Shown piece by piece: positions 28,140 through 36,939 of a DNA stretch of 64,000 bases. The first letter of the stretch is position 1; every line of letters starts with the position of its first letter. The position numbers were made by a program, and so were the translations under genes. The notes below the pieces were generated by a model. That model saw only the letters and a list, made by a program, of their open reading frames with translations, ran no database searches and was not told where the DNA came from. Origin of the DNA: a virus; IMG/VR virus record IMGVR_UViG_3300046007_014223, positions 18,802 through 82,801 of that record; one strand, written 5' to 3'.

Positions 28140-29432
28140 TTACATGAGATTTAGAACGCCAGACTTACGATAGTACTGATTACGTCCTGACGTAAATGCA
28201 TCACCATCAGCAGCTGTTGAAGATGCATTTGGTGTAACGTATGGGTTAGCAATCATACCATAACGTGTCTTGAAGCCAATCTTTGGCTGGAAGGTGTTAG
28301 GATCAACTGCACGAACCATTTGGAGAGGAACGTATGGGCAGTAGAAAAGACCAGCGTCATAAGGTGAAGCACCTTTATAACCAACTACATAGAACTGATA
28401 CTGTGCGCCAAGGTTGGCTGAGTATGGATCGATGTAGACACGGAAACGACCATTGAGAACACCAGCGAATGTATTGCCTGTGTCATCAACGTTTAGGCCT
28501 GTTGAAAGAGCAGGTGCATAGTCAAGAACTCCAGCCATTGCAAGAGCAGAAGCTACGTCTGCTGAGCAAATGACGAAGTTACCTTTGCCTCTACGAGTAT
28601 CTTGTGCAATATGGTTTGCATCGCGTTCCATATTGAATAGAAGACCCTTGAAGCGCTCGACTGACCAACGACCGTTTGAATCAATATCAAGGTCAAACGT
28701 ACCTGGGGTTGCTGTTGTAGGTGAACCTGTCTTGGCAACTTTGTAAACAGTACGAATAACTTCACGGTTGATTTCAAACATGATTTCTTGTGAAAGAATG
28801 TTTGTAAGCTCTGACTCAGCGTCAAGACCATGAACTGCCTTAAGGTCTTGTGCAAGTTCAACTGTGTACTCTGCCTTAAGAGCACGTGACTTAGCAGTAA
28901 CAGTTGTCTTATCGATTGAGAAAGACATCTGACCGAAGTCATAGTTTGTTGTACCTAGCTGTTCTGCCCAAGCTGTAACGTTAGCAGTACCTGTTGTGTA
29001 AGAACCATTTACTGGATTTGTGCCAAGGTGTGTGCCTGTACCAGAGAAGTCGGTATCAGCTTCGTTGTAGAGAGCTTCAACACGACCACCAGCATTTGTA
29101 CGCTCTGTACCATAAAGCGAACGCATTGCGAAGATAAGTCCTGTAGGACCAGTCATTGGCTGAACGCCAGCAACGTCATAAGCCATTAGGTTAGGCATAG
29201 CACGACGAACTAGACCGATAAGGATCGGATCATACTTGTCAATACCAGAACCTGAAATGTTGTTTGCAGGAATATCTTCAAAAAGGGCTTGACGCTCTTC
29301 GCGAAGGGCTTTTTCTTGATTCTCTAGAAGAACAGCAGTAACGGCTCTCTTGTAGGTATCTTTGATCTCGGGAAGATCAGAATGCTCAATAATGGCACCC
29401 CATTTCTTCTGTAGTTGTTCGGTCATATACAT
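28140..29432 (-). CDS. 23: gp23 major capsid protein
   Basis: LLENQE, GVQPMTGPTGLIFAMR, AKSRALKAEYTVELAQDLKAVHGLDAE, YCPYVPL, FQPKIGFKTRYG. Confidence 0.98.
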   Translation of the reverse strand: MYMTEQLQKKWGAIIEHSDLPEIKDTYKRAVTAVLLENQEKALREERQALFEDIPANNISGSGIDKYDPILIGLVRRAMPNLMAYDVAGVQPMTGPTGLIFAMRSLYGTERTNAGGRVEALYNEADTDFSGTGTHLGTNPVNGSYTTGTANVTAWAEQLGTTNYDFGQMSFSIDKTTVTAKSRALKAEYTVELAQDLKAVHGLDAESELTNILSQEIMFEINREVIRTVYKVAKTGSPTTATPGTFDLDIDSNGRWSVERFKGLLFNMERDANHIAQDTRRGKGNFVICSADVASALAMAGVLDYAPALSTGLNVDDTGNTFAGVLNGRFRVYIDPYSANLGAQYQFYVVGYKGASPYDAGLFYCPYVPLQMVRAVDPNTFQPKIGFKTRYGMIANPYVTPNASSTAADGDAFTSGRNQYYRKSGVLNLM

Positions 29433-29463
29433 CTTTGAAATCTCCTTGATTGGATATTATTTT

Positions 29464-29471
29464 TATTTATA
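29464..29471 (-). promoter_or_regulatory. Late promoter TATAAATA for gp23
   Basis: Exact motif in the gp22-gp23 intergenic gap. Confidence 0.85.
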
Positions 29472-29474
29472 AAA

Positions 29475-30560
29475 TTAACGTGCTTTTACAGCTCTTGAAA
29501 GAGCTTGTACATACTTCGACATTACATCGCTTGTCTGTTGTACAGGAGCTTCTTCATTTAAAAGCTGTTCTTCAGGTGAACTCTTTGCAGCTTTTGGAAA
29601 ATAATTTTCCTTAATAACTTTTACTTTCTCACGGAAAAGCTCTTCCGAATCATAAGATACACCTTCAACTAGCTTACCTAGCTTTTCTGCTTCGGTATCA
29701 GCTAGATCACCACTCATTTCACTTAACACAATAGCTTTTCTTAAAGATGAAAGCTGTTCTGTAAGCTCAATGTTCTTATTCTCAGATTCATTAAGTTTTT
29801 CCTCAAGCTCATCTGATTTGGTTGAAAGAGTTTCAATAACATCGACTTTATCTTCAGGAATATCAATGTAATTCTCTTGGAACAGAGTTTTTAGACCTGT
29901 GATAAAATCTTCAGCGATTTCAGTGCGTAATCCGCCTTCAATCTCAAGTTTATTCTCTTCCATCCATTGCTCAACAACATAATTCATAAATGAATCTACT
30001 TTTTCGATTAAACCTTCAGTAATATCTTCAAGTTGCTTTTGCTTTTCTTCTTCAAGCTGAGCAACTACAGCGTCCATTTCTTCGTTTACACGTGCAATGA
30101 CAGCTGCTTCGAAAATTGCAGTAGCTTTATCACGGAAATCTTCTGAAAGGTCGTCACCAAAAATGGCTGACAGTTGTTCTTTCAATGAAGGTTTTGAATC
30201 TTCTTTTTCTTCACCCATCGGCTTGTTGCCCGAGGATGCTTGCATGTTGACCATAGAAGTTGGGTCACCTGCATTCATGAAATTGGGTGCTGCACCTGGG
30301 CCCGAATTTGCTGGGCGAGGTGAATTTGGTGTTGACTTTGATACAACTGCGCCTTGGTTTTCTTCTTTTTCATCTCTTTCTTCATAATCAGCATCTTGTG
30401 AAGAACCCTGACGAGGTGGTGTTGTATCACCTTGATTGGCGGCTTTAATGGATGTGTCTTTGGAAACGTTACCCGCACCCATCGGAGCCATACCTTCCTC
30501 ATTAAGCTGCTCTTCACTCTTACGTGATAGCAACTCTTTGATTTTGCTCTCAATTGACAT
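29475..30560 (-). CDS. 22: gp22 prohead core scaffold protein
   Basis: Acidic coiled-coil protein with LSEDFRDKATAIFEAAV, YVVEQWMEEN, IAEDFITGLK; lies between gp21 and gp23. Confidence 0.92.
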   Translation of the reverse strand: MSIESKIKELLSRKSEEQLNEEGMAPMGAGNVSKDTSIKAANQGDTTPPRQGSSQDADYEERDEKEENQGAVVSKSTPNSPRPANSGPGAAPNFMNAGDPTSMVNMQASSGNKPMGEEKEDSKPSLKEQLSAIFGDDLSEDFRDKATAIFEAAVIARVNEEMDAVVAQLEEEKQKQLEDITEGLIEKVDSFMNYVVEQWMEENKLEIEGGLRTEIAEDFITGLKTLFQENYIDIPEDKVDVIETLSTKSDELEEKLNESENKNIELTEQLSSLRKAIVLSEMSGDLADTEAEKLGKLVEGVSYDSEELFREKVKVIKENYFPKAAKSSPEEQLLNEEAPVQQTSDVMSKYVQALSRAVKAR

Positions 30561-30586
30561 AGATCTCTCCTAATGAAATTTACTTT

Positions 30587-30594
30587 TATTTATA
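30587..30594 (-). promoter_or_regulatory. Late promoter TATAAATA for gp22
   Basis: Exact motif in the intergenic gap. Confidence 0.8.
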
Positions 30595-30598
30595 AGTT

Positions 30599-31240
30599 TT
30601 ATTTTTTAGAAATTAGAGTAATGAATTGATTGAACAAATCAAGCTTTTTAGACTCAGAAAGTTTTGTTTTCTTTACCTCTTTCTTAATTTGTTCCATTAC
30701 CCATCCCTTACCTTCAACGTATAACCAAGATGCATCTTCCATAATGCCTTGAACAAAAGCATCGGGTGCAGAAGGATCAGCAACAATGTCTACGGTTGCC
30801 AAATGAAAGTCATCTTGCACTTCATTGACACCATCTTTGAGTTGTTTGACTGATCCTAATCCGCGCGAAGATACACCTAAGCGAACACCTTCCTCAATAA
30901 AATTCTGTGCAATTTTCCCCATTGGGGTGTCTAGAATTTTAGCTTTCCCATAAACATCATTTCCTTCAAATCTTAAATTCGTGATAAGATGTGATACTTG
31001 GTTTAGATTGATTGAAGGATTTGGTGGGTGTCCTAATTCGCCTAAAGCGCGCTTTTCACTAATGAGAGATTGATACCTATCAAGTTCTTTCTCAACGATA
31101 GGTTTTCTATAGACACGACCATTACGATTTGTTTTCTCTGTCTGCATGAAGATACCTTCAATATAGACATTCTTACCGCCCGTTTCTTTTTTCTCGGTGA
31201 TATATTTAACTTCTTGTGTGACTTCGGTAATAAGTTTCAT
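30599..31240 (-). CDS. 21: gp21 prohead protease
   Basis: MKLITE, IEGIFMQ, NRNGRVY, ALGELGHP, GVSSRGLGS, DIVADPSAPDAFV. Confidence 0.96.
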   Translation of the reverse strand: MKLITEVTQEVKYITEKKETGGKNVYIEGIFMQTEKTNRNGRVYRKPIVEKELDRYQSLISEKRALGELGHPPNPSINLNQVSHLITNLRFEGNDVYGKAKILDTPMGKIAQNFIEEGVRLGVSSRGLGSVKQLKDGVNEVQDDFHLATVDIVADPSAPDAFVQGIMEDASWLYVEGKGWVMEQIKKEVKKTKLSESKKLDLFNQFITLISKK

Positions 31241-31241
31241 G

Positions 31242-31637
31242 TTAGTTTCCCGATACAAAACCTTGCTGATCTGGCTCAGCAAATCCGGCTTCTTTTGTTA
31301 GACCTAGAATTACCGTTCCTCCAGAAGCAGGAATCGTCACTACAACGTTTGCAGAGTTATTCGACGTATCTGTAAATCCTGATACTTGTGAAAAGCTCCA
31401 ATTATCACTACCGAAAAGAACTAAAACGTTTGAATTATTTCTTTTAAATAAGATTGGGCCGTTTTCTGAATTATAGTAAACACTGTTGATATTTACCTTA
31501 ATGGCAGCGACATTACTAACTGTTTCGTCAGATAATTTTAAGTCTGCGACAAGATCAACGTTAGCCGTGCCATCACCGACAAGTTTGACTACAGCTTGCT
31601 GCCTTACCTTCTTTAATATTGTTTTAGTGATTGGCAT
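31242..31637 (-). CDS. Hypothetical virion-region protein (beta-rich)
   Basis: 131-aa ORF tightly packed upstream of gp21. Confidence 0.65.
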   Translation of the reverse strand: MPITKTILKKVRQQAVVKLVGDGTANVDLVADLKLSDETVSNVAAIKVNINSVYYNSENGPILFKRNNSNVLVLFGSDNWSFSQVSGFTDTSNNSANVVVTIPASGGTVILGLTKEAGFAEPDQQGFVSGN

Positions 31638-31646
31638 TTTTTGACC

Positions 31647-31778
31647 TTATCGAATGACTCTTCTTGGAGGTGGTGATCTTTTTGTTGCCCTTGCATTGAC
31701 ACCAATTGAAATCTTTCCACCAGGAATTTTAATTGATTTTGTTGCTCTTAGAATAGAAGTGATGATTGAGCTAAACAT
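31647..31778 (-). CDS. Small basic 43-aa peptide (not in ORF track)
   Basis: MFSSIITSILRATKSIKIPGGKISIGVNARATKRSPPPRRVIR*; fills the gap between the 341-aa and 131-aa ORFs almost exactly. Confidence 0.5.
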   Translation of the reverse strand: MFSSIITSILRATKSIKIPGGKISIGVNARATKRSPPPRRVIR

Positions 31779-31781
31779 TTT

Positions 31782-32807
31782 TTATTCCTTTGCTTTTTTG
31801 GCTTTTTTCTTCATGGGAGAATGGTTGTTATGATACTCAGCCATCATAACTTCAACATCTTCAGTAAAGATAACTTCTTCACCGTGATCAAATTGAACTG
31901 TATACCATTCAATGTCGCCATTCTCATCAGGATCAGCGTGTTGACCTTCAACAACAACACCTTCACCGTACACATCAGAGAAAACATGTTTAGCGCAATA
32001 GTGTTGATCTTGCTGAACACTTTCATTCATATCATCCATAAAATGTGATTTAGGTCTAGCTGTATGCACATGAACAGTTCCTCCACCAGTACCATAATCC
32101 ATATGATCATTTACGTCCGTGCCACCTATTTTGGATCCAACCTTAAGATTGTTCTTTGCAGCAAGTGGACTTTTGGGACCAACTGCAACAACCTTATACT
32201 GTGCTTTTTCGCTTGTTGGATTGCCTGTGCCAATATGATGGAGATGAATATCTCTGGGACCAATTTTTTTAGGTACATTAGGTTTACCATCAACCAATTT
32301 ATGATGTGTCATTTCCGGAGAAACACCAGCATAAAAGTCTTTTCGTTCATCAATCTGTTCTGTTTCTTCAGTCCTCATTGCTTGCTTTGTTGCAGTGGCA
32401 TACATTACTTCTTTAGCGCGCTCACCATAACGTTTTTTAAAGTCGCCAAATTTCTTTTTCATTGACTTGACAGTTTTTTCACGTTTTTTCATTTGTGTCT
32501 CGGTCATTTTTTCTTGAATATCCATTTGTGTACTCTCTTTAACTGTTGAAGGTGAGTAGATAGATTTAATCTTATTGGCTTCTTCTGCACTAATTTCATC
32601 ATCTTTTAGAAGCCTATTTGCATGAGCAGAAATATTCTTGTGCAGTGCTGAATGTTGTTCGGGGGTTAGTGACTTTTTAACATAAGCAGCATGCCTTTGC
32701 ATTTGAGACATCATCGATGCAGGAACACCCTTTCCTTGGCTTGAACCAACAAGATCTGCATACTGATCCATATGATCAGCAGGTGATTTTGCCCATGCAA
32801 AGTCCAT
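31782..32807 (-). CDS. Putative internal head/core protein
   Basis: Lies in the gp67-gp21 interval. Modular and K/E-rich, with candidate gp21 cleavage sites (VKE, IQE, IDE, MNE) and a KKRYGERAKEVMYATATK module. Confidence 0.55.
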   Translation of the reverse strand: MDFAWAKSPADHMDQYADLVGSSQGKGVPASMMSQMQRHAAYVKKSLTPEQHSALHKNISAHANRLLKDDEISAEEANKIKSIYSPSTVKESTQMDIQEKMTETQMKKREKTVKSMKKKFGDFKKRYGERAKEVMYATATKQAMRTEETEQIDERKDFYAGVSPEMTHHKLVDGKPNVPKKIGPRDIHLHHIGTGNPTSEKAQYKVVAVGPKSPLAAKNNLKVGSKIGGTDVNDHMDYGTGGGTVHVHTARPKSHFMDDMNESVQQDQHYCAKHVFSDVYGEGVVVEGQHADPDENGDIEWYTVQFDHGEEVIFTEDVEVMMAEYHNNHSPMKKKAKKAKE

Positions 32808-32974
32808 TATTCTTCCTCTTGAGCGTAAAGATTAGAAGCAACGGTTTGTTTTTGCGCTTCTAATGCATCTGTAACTTTAATAGAAATAATATCTTCAAAG
32901 CGCTCTTGCGCTTCTGCAGACTGCCCGTCAAGCACATTAGCCATCATTTGTTTAATTAAATCTTTTGTTTCCAT
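32807..32974 (-). CDS. gp67-like prohead core protein, 55 aa (not in ORF track)
   Basis: METKDLIKQMMANVLDGQSAEAQERFEDIISIKVTDALEAQKQTVASNLYAQEEE*, directly downstream of the portal gene as in T4 gene order. Confidence 0.7.
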   Translation of the reverse strand: METKDLIKQMMANVLDGQSAEAQERFEDIISIKVTDALEAQKQTVASNLYAQEEE

Positions 32975-32991
32975 TTCACATCCTTTATTTA

Positions 32992-34566
32992 TTATTTATT
33001 AGTTTCAGGTTGTTCTTTTTCTTGTTGTTGCATTGCGGCTATACCCTGCATTGCCTGCATTTGTTGCAATTCTAACATCGGATTGGGTGGTTCTTCACCG
33101 ATCTCCTTTTCAATATTTTCGATCTCATCATCAGTGAGGCGTAAAATATTACGCTTGACAAACCCCTGACTGTAGTACAACCCAACATAAGGCTGTATAG
33201 TTTGTAAAAGATCCATACGATTTCTTAAACTTTCCGCATCTTTTGCTTCTTGGAAATATTGATCTTGAGCAAATTTAAAACGAATTTGTTCTTTAATATC
33301 ATCCCAATCAGCTTCAACAATAATACCCTTTAGTATTAATTGTGTTTTTAAAAGATCTCGGAAAAGATCAGCAAATTTGTTGCGAAGACGACCAATAAAT
33401 TTTGCAAACTTCAACTCATCACGTGTAACTTCTGCAACACGACCGAAGGTAATACCTTGTTGAGGTTCTAGTCTTGATAGAGGAACGTTTAATGCTTGAT
33501 ACATTTTCTTCTGAAAATAAACAATATCATCTATCTGACCGAGGTTTTCACCTCCCGGGAGAGTGCTAATTTCTGTACCCTTTCCGCCTTCACGACGAGG
33601 TAACCAGAAATCTTCAAGCATCGACATAAACTTTCTATCGTCTCTCACCTCACCTGTGCTGGAATCATAAACAATCTTATTACGATACCTTGCCATCACG
33701 TCTTTAAGGTATTGTTCAGCTTTTAATTTGGGAAGATTGCCCACATCGATATAAAAGATTCGACGTTCGGGGGCACGTGCAAGACGATAGATTACCAATG
33801 CATCTTCCATCATCTTTAATTGGTTTACAGGTTTAATCGCCTTATGCAAGTATCCGATAACAATGTTCTTATCAAGATCAACTAACCCCGAATGACAATA
33901 AGCGATTGAATCAAGAGTGATTCTGATGCCCGTGCCTTGTGATACTGTTTGACTGGTGCTTAAAGCAACTGTATATTGAATACCTTTATCATTGTATAAG
34001 TAATATTCATCAATTGTCTTTATAATATCAATACCGTTGGGTAATTTTTCTTTCTTTACATCACGAATCTTTTTTATCTTTCGTGGGTCAATGTAACGAA
34101 GTTCTAATATACCCCTTTTTGCTGATCCGGTATCTACAATTTTTTGATAATAAATCCTTCCATCAACATACCAACGACGAAAAATTTCATGTGCCTTTGC
34201 ATTAAAATCAAGCAATGAAAGAATTTCTTTAAATTCGGCTTCTATTGTTTTTCGTATATTATCAGAAAGTTGCAGTTCTTCCAAATCTATAGACACGGGA
34301 GGCTCATCTTCAACATTAGCGATAGCTTCTGAAACAATATCTTCAATGGCCATATCACAATCAGCGTACATCGCCATTTGACGATAACGAGTGATTAGCT
34401 CTGATTCTGTTTTAGAAGTAGCGTCAAGGTCAACATATGTGCCATAATAACCACCAGCTGAAATAGTGGTGGCCCCGTCCTCGGCAATTGGAGTAACAAA
34501 GTTTTGATTCTTTGCTTCTTGCTTGCGAGGACGGGTTATTTTAAACCCAAATAAATTCAAATCCAT
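32992..34566 (-). CDS. 20: gp20 portal protein
   Basis: FRRWYVDGR, YLHKAIKPVNQLKMMEDALVIYRLARAPERRIFYIDVGNLP, EDFWLPRREGGKGTEI. Confidence 0.98.
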   Translation of the reverse strand: MDLNLFGFKITRPRKQEAKNQNFVTPIAEDGATTISAGGYYGTYVDLDATSKTESELITRYRQMAMYADCDMAIEDIVSEAIANVEDEPPVSIDLEELQLSDNIRKTIEAEFKEILSLLDFNAKAHEIFRRWYVDGRIYYQKIVDTGSAKRGILELRYIDPRKIKKIRDVKKEKLPNGIDIIKTIDEYYLYNDKGIQYTVALSTSQTVSQGTGIRITLDSIAYCHSGLVDLDKNIVIGYLHKAIKPVNQLKMMEDALVIYRLARAPERRIFYIDVGNLPKLKAEQYLKDVMARYRNKIVYDSSTGEVRDDRKFMSMLEDFWLPRREGGKGTEISTLPGGENLGQIDDIVYFQKKMYQALNVPLSRLEPQQGITFGRVAEVTRDELKFAKFIGRLRNKFADLFRDLLKTQLILKGIIVEADWDDIKEQIRFKFAQDQYFQEAKDAESLRNRMDLLQTIQPYVGLYYSQGFVKRNILRLTDDEIENIEKEIGEEPPNPMLELQQMQAMQGIAAMQQQEKEQPETNK

Positions 34567-34581
34567 ATTTTAACTTTTTAA

Positions 34582-35106
34582 TTAAACTGCGCCAGAACCT
34601 ATAACTTCAAATCTCTGATATTGCCAAGTACACGTGAATGAGCTAATTTGGTCGTTAGCATCAAAACTTAATGGTACCTCAGAAATATCAGAAGGCCATG
34701 CACCAATTAACCTATACTCGCGAGTTGGATTACCTGCTTTATCAAGTTGGCGAACAGTAATGTCACCAAAGTAACCTGCAGGTGATCCATCCTCATTTGC
34801 ATTGGGTGTTTTTACTTCAAGATCTTCAATGTAATCATTCATCCAAGATTCAATGTATTCACGTAATTGAAAGCTGGTGTCATTGATGATTGTTGTTGTC
34901 CAAGGTGCAAATACCATATCACCTGCTAATTTAAGCTCACGACCACGATAAAATGCACTTGCGGTACCAAATGTTCTTCCAGGTAAAGACGCAGCTGTTA
35001 CAAGAAAATTTGAAATTTGTTCAGCACCTGCAATTTCAACCTCAAAAAGATTAGGCCTTGCACCAGCTTGAAGTGTTTCTCTGAATTGTTCTATTTCGAA
35101 CGCCAT
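34582..35106 (-). CDS. 19: gp19 tail tube protein
   Basis: GARPNLFEV, ASLPG, RGRELKLAGD...WTTTIIND, VRQLD, AWPSDI. Confidence 0.93.
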   Translation of the reverse strand: MAFEIEQFRETLQAGARPNLFEVEIAGAEQISNFLVTAASLPGRTFGTASAFYRGRELKLAGDMVFAPWTTTIINDTSFQLREYIESWMNDYIEDLEVKTPNANEDGSPAGYFGDITVRQLDKAGNPTREYRLIGAWPSDISEVPLSFDANDQISSFTCTWQYQRFEVIGSGAV

Positions 35107-35117
35107 TTAAGCTCTCC

Positions 35118-36890
35118 TTAAGCTGTTACTTCTGCAAAGTCAATGCCAGTCTTTGTAGCAATGAAGTTCAGAGTAATGTAGTTGATTGAACGAGCGGGTT
35201 TAACATATATATCCGCAATAAACTCATTCCTATCAATTACTTCGCCTGTGTTATTAGTTTCATCGCATACAACCTTGAAGTCAGTGATACCACGACGACC
35301 TTTAACATCACGTAGATAAGGTTCTACGATATTTCTGAACTGAGCACGTGTGAATGCATCATTGAATTCAAACAACTGTGCTCTTGCCGCTGCTGTAATT
35401 GCTTTTTTGAGAACAATAAACAAGCGACGAACATTGATACGGTCAAAGGCGCTTGGCTTAATCTGTAGTGTCTTGTCGCCAAACAGAATCGTACCGTAGC
35501 CAGGTGATGAAATAACAGGGTTTACACCAGCTGAATAGAGAGTGTCACGCTGACCTTTGTTAGGATTGAATGCAAGTTTTACAACATTACGAATCTGACC
35601 TCTGTTTACACCAGCAGGTGAGAACCAAGGATCGGCTGTAAAGTCAGTACGAGCACACAACCCAGCAATGTCACCATTTAGAGGCAACCAACGATAAACG
35701 TCATTGTAACGGTCGTATTGATACTTCCATCCGCTATCCATCACCACATATGAAGATGAAAGATTCGTTAGATCTGTATTTCTATAACCAGTTACATTCG
35801 TAGCTTTTGTTGAATCAGCAACACTTGGCTGAACATCAGCGTACTCAGGGGAAACAAAAATAACCACATCATTACGCTTACCATCACCTGTTAGCGCATT
35901 AATAACAGTAAGAGCGTTTGCACCAGGTAAATCACCCACAGGAACTAAGGAAATATCATAAACTTCATCATTCTCGAGAAGTGAAAATCCTGTTGCTTTT
36001 TGACCTGGTGTGGGTGTTGCATCAGCAGCATTTGAAAATGACATAAAACCTGCGTTAACATTTGCGTTAGGGTTATTGTTTCCTAATGTATCAAATACAA
36101 CATTATTATTTCCGCCGATGCCTGTGAAAGAAGTTCCCCAATTTAGCGCTGAATTGGTAACATTTGCAGGGTGTGATCTCCATCTGACATACCTTGATTG
36201 CTCATTGATTACTGTAGGATAATAAATGCTTCTTCCGTCTGCCCCCAAAGCATCGCGTGCCTTTGAAAGATATTGAAACTTTTCAAGGACAGTATTTTTA
36301 GTTCCGGTAATTAACCCATCTTGATCAATTACAGCTATGTGCAATTCATCTTTTGCACCTGATGTTCCGTAAGTTGATGCATATGTTGAAACATTAGGTC
36401 TAACATCAAACAATGAAGTGATTGTTGATGTTGCATTGGCCCAAGACGCATTGTCAACAACAGCAACTGCAAGAGAATTTCCAATGTTACCTGGATATCT
36501 AGCAGTCATGAAAATATTTGCGTTACCGGTTAATCCTAAGTATGCATCATCGTTTAAAATTTTCTCTCCTGCAACAACAACGGTTGAATTACCTGAAATG
36601 TTAGATCCGAGAGTTGCATTAAGAGTTGTTGTATCTGCAGTACGAACAATATACATGCGGTTCGCATAACCTAAAAAGTTAGCGGCTGTAAAAAATGAAA
36701 GATAGGTGTTTGCGTCAGGTCTTCCAAATTGGTTTACCAGATCAACTTCGCTTGTTACAAGCGTTGGTTGATCAACAGGTCCCCATTGAAACTCTCCCGC
36801 AAAACCTCCCACAGAAGTAGCAACAGCCGGGACAACGGTAGTTAAGTCCTTCTCTGTTGCGATAATTCCTGGTGAAAGTTGATAAGGCAT
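35118..36890 (-). CDS. 18: gp18 tail sheath protein
   Basis: SPGI..EKDLT, FQWGP, DSGWKYQYD, PWFSPAG..RG, AFDRINVRRLF, FEFNDAFTR, KPARSINYITLNF. Confidence 0.97.
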   Translation of the reverse strand: MPYQLSPGIIATEKDLTTVVPAVATSVGGFAGEFQWGPVDQPTLVTSEVDLVNQFGRPDANTYLSFFTAANFLGYANRMYIVRTADTTTLNATLGSNISGNSTVVVAGEKILNDDAYLGLTGNANIFMTARYPGNIGNSLAVAVVDNASWANATSTITSLFDVRPNVSTYASTYGTSGAKDELHIAVIDQDGLITGTKNTVLEKFQYLSKARDALGADGRSIYYPTVINEQSRYVRWRSHPANVTNSALNWGTSFTGIGGNNNVVFDTLGNNNPNANVNAGFMSFSNAADATPTPGQKATGFSLLENDEVYDISLVPVGDLPGANALTVINALTGDGKRNDVVIFVSPEYADVQPSVADSTKATNVTGYRNTDLTNLSSSYVVMDSGWKYQYDRYNDVYRWLPLNGDIAGLCARTDFTADPWFSPAGVNRGQIRNVVKLAFNPNKGQRDTLYSAGVNPVISSPGYGTILFGDKTLQIKPSAFDRINVRRLFIVLKKAITAAARAQLFEFNDAFTRAQFRNIVEPYLRDVKGRRGITDFKVVCDETNNTGEVIDRNEFIADIYVKPARSINYITLNFIATKTGIDFAEVTA

Positions 36891-36939
36891 TTGTATCTCC
36901 TTGAACGTTATTTATTATAAAGTATCTTGATGGTATAAG

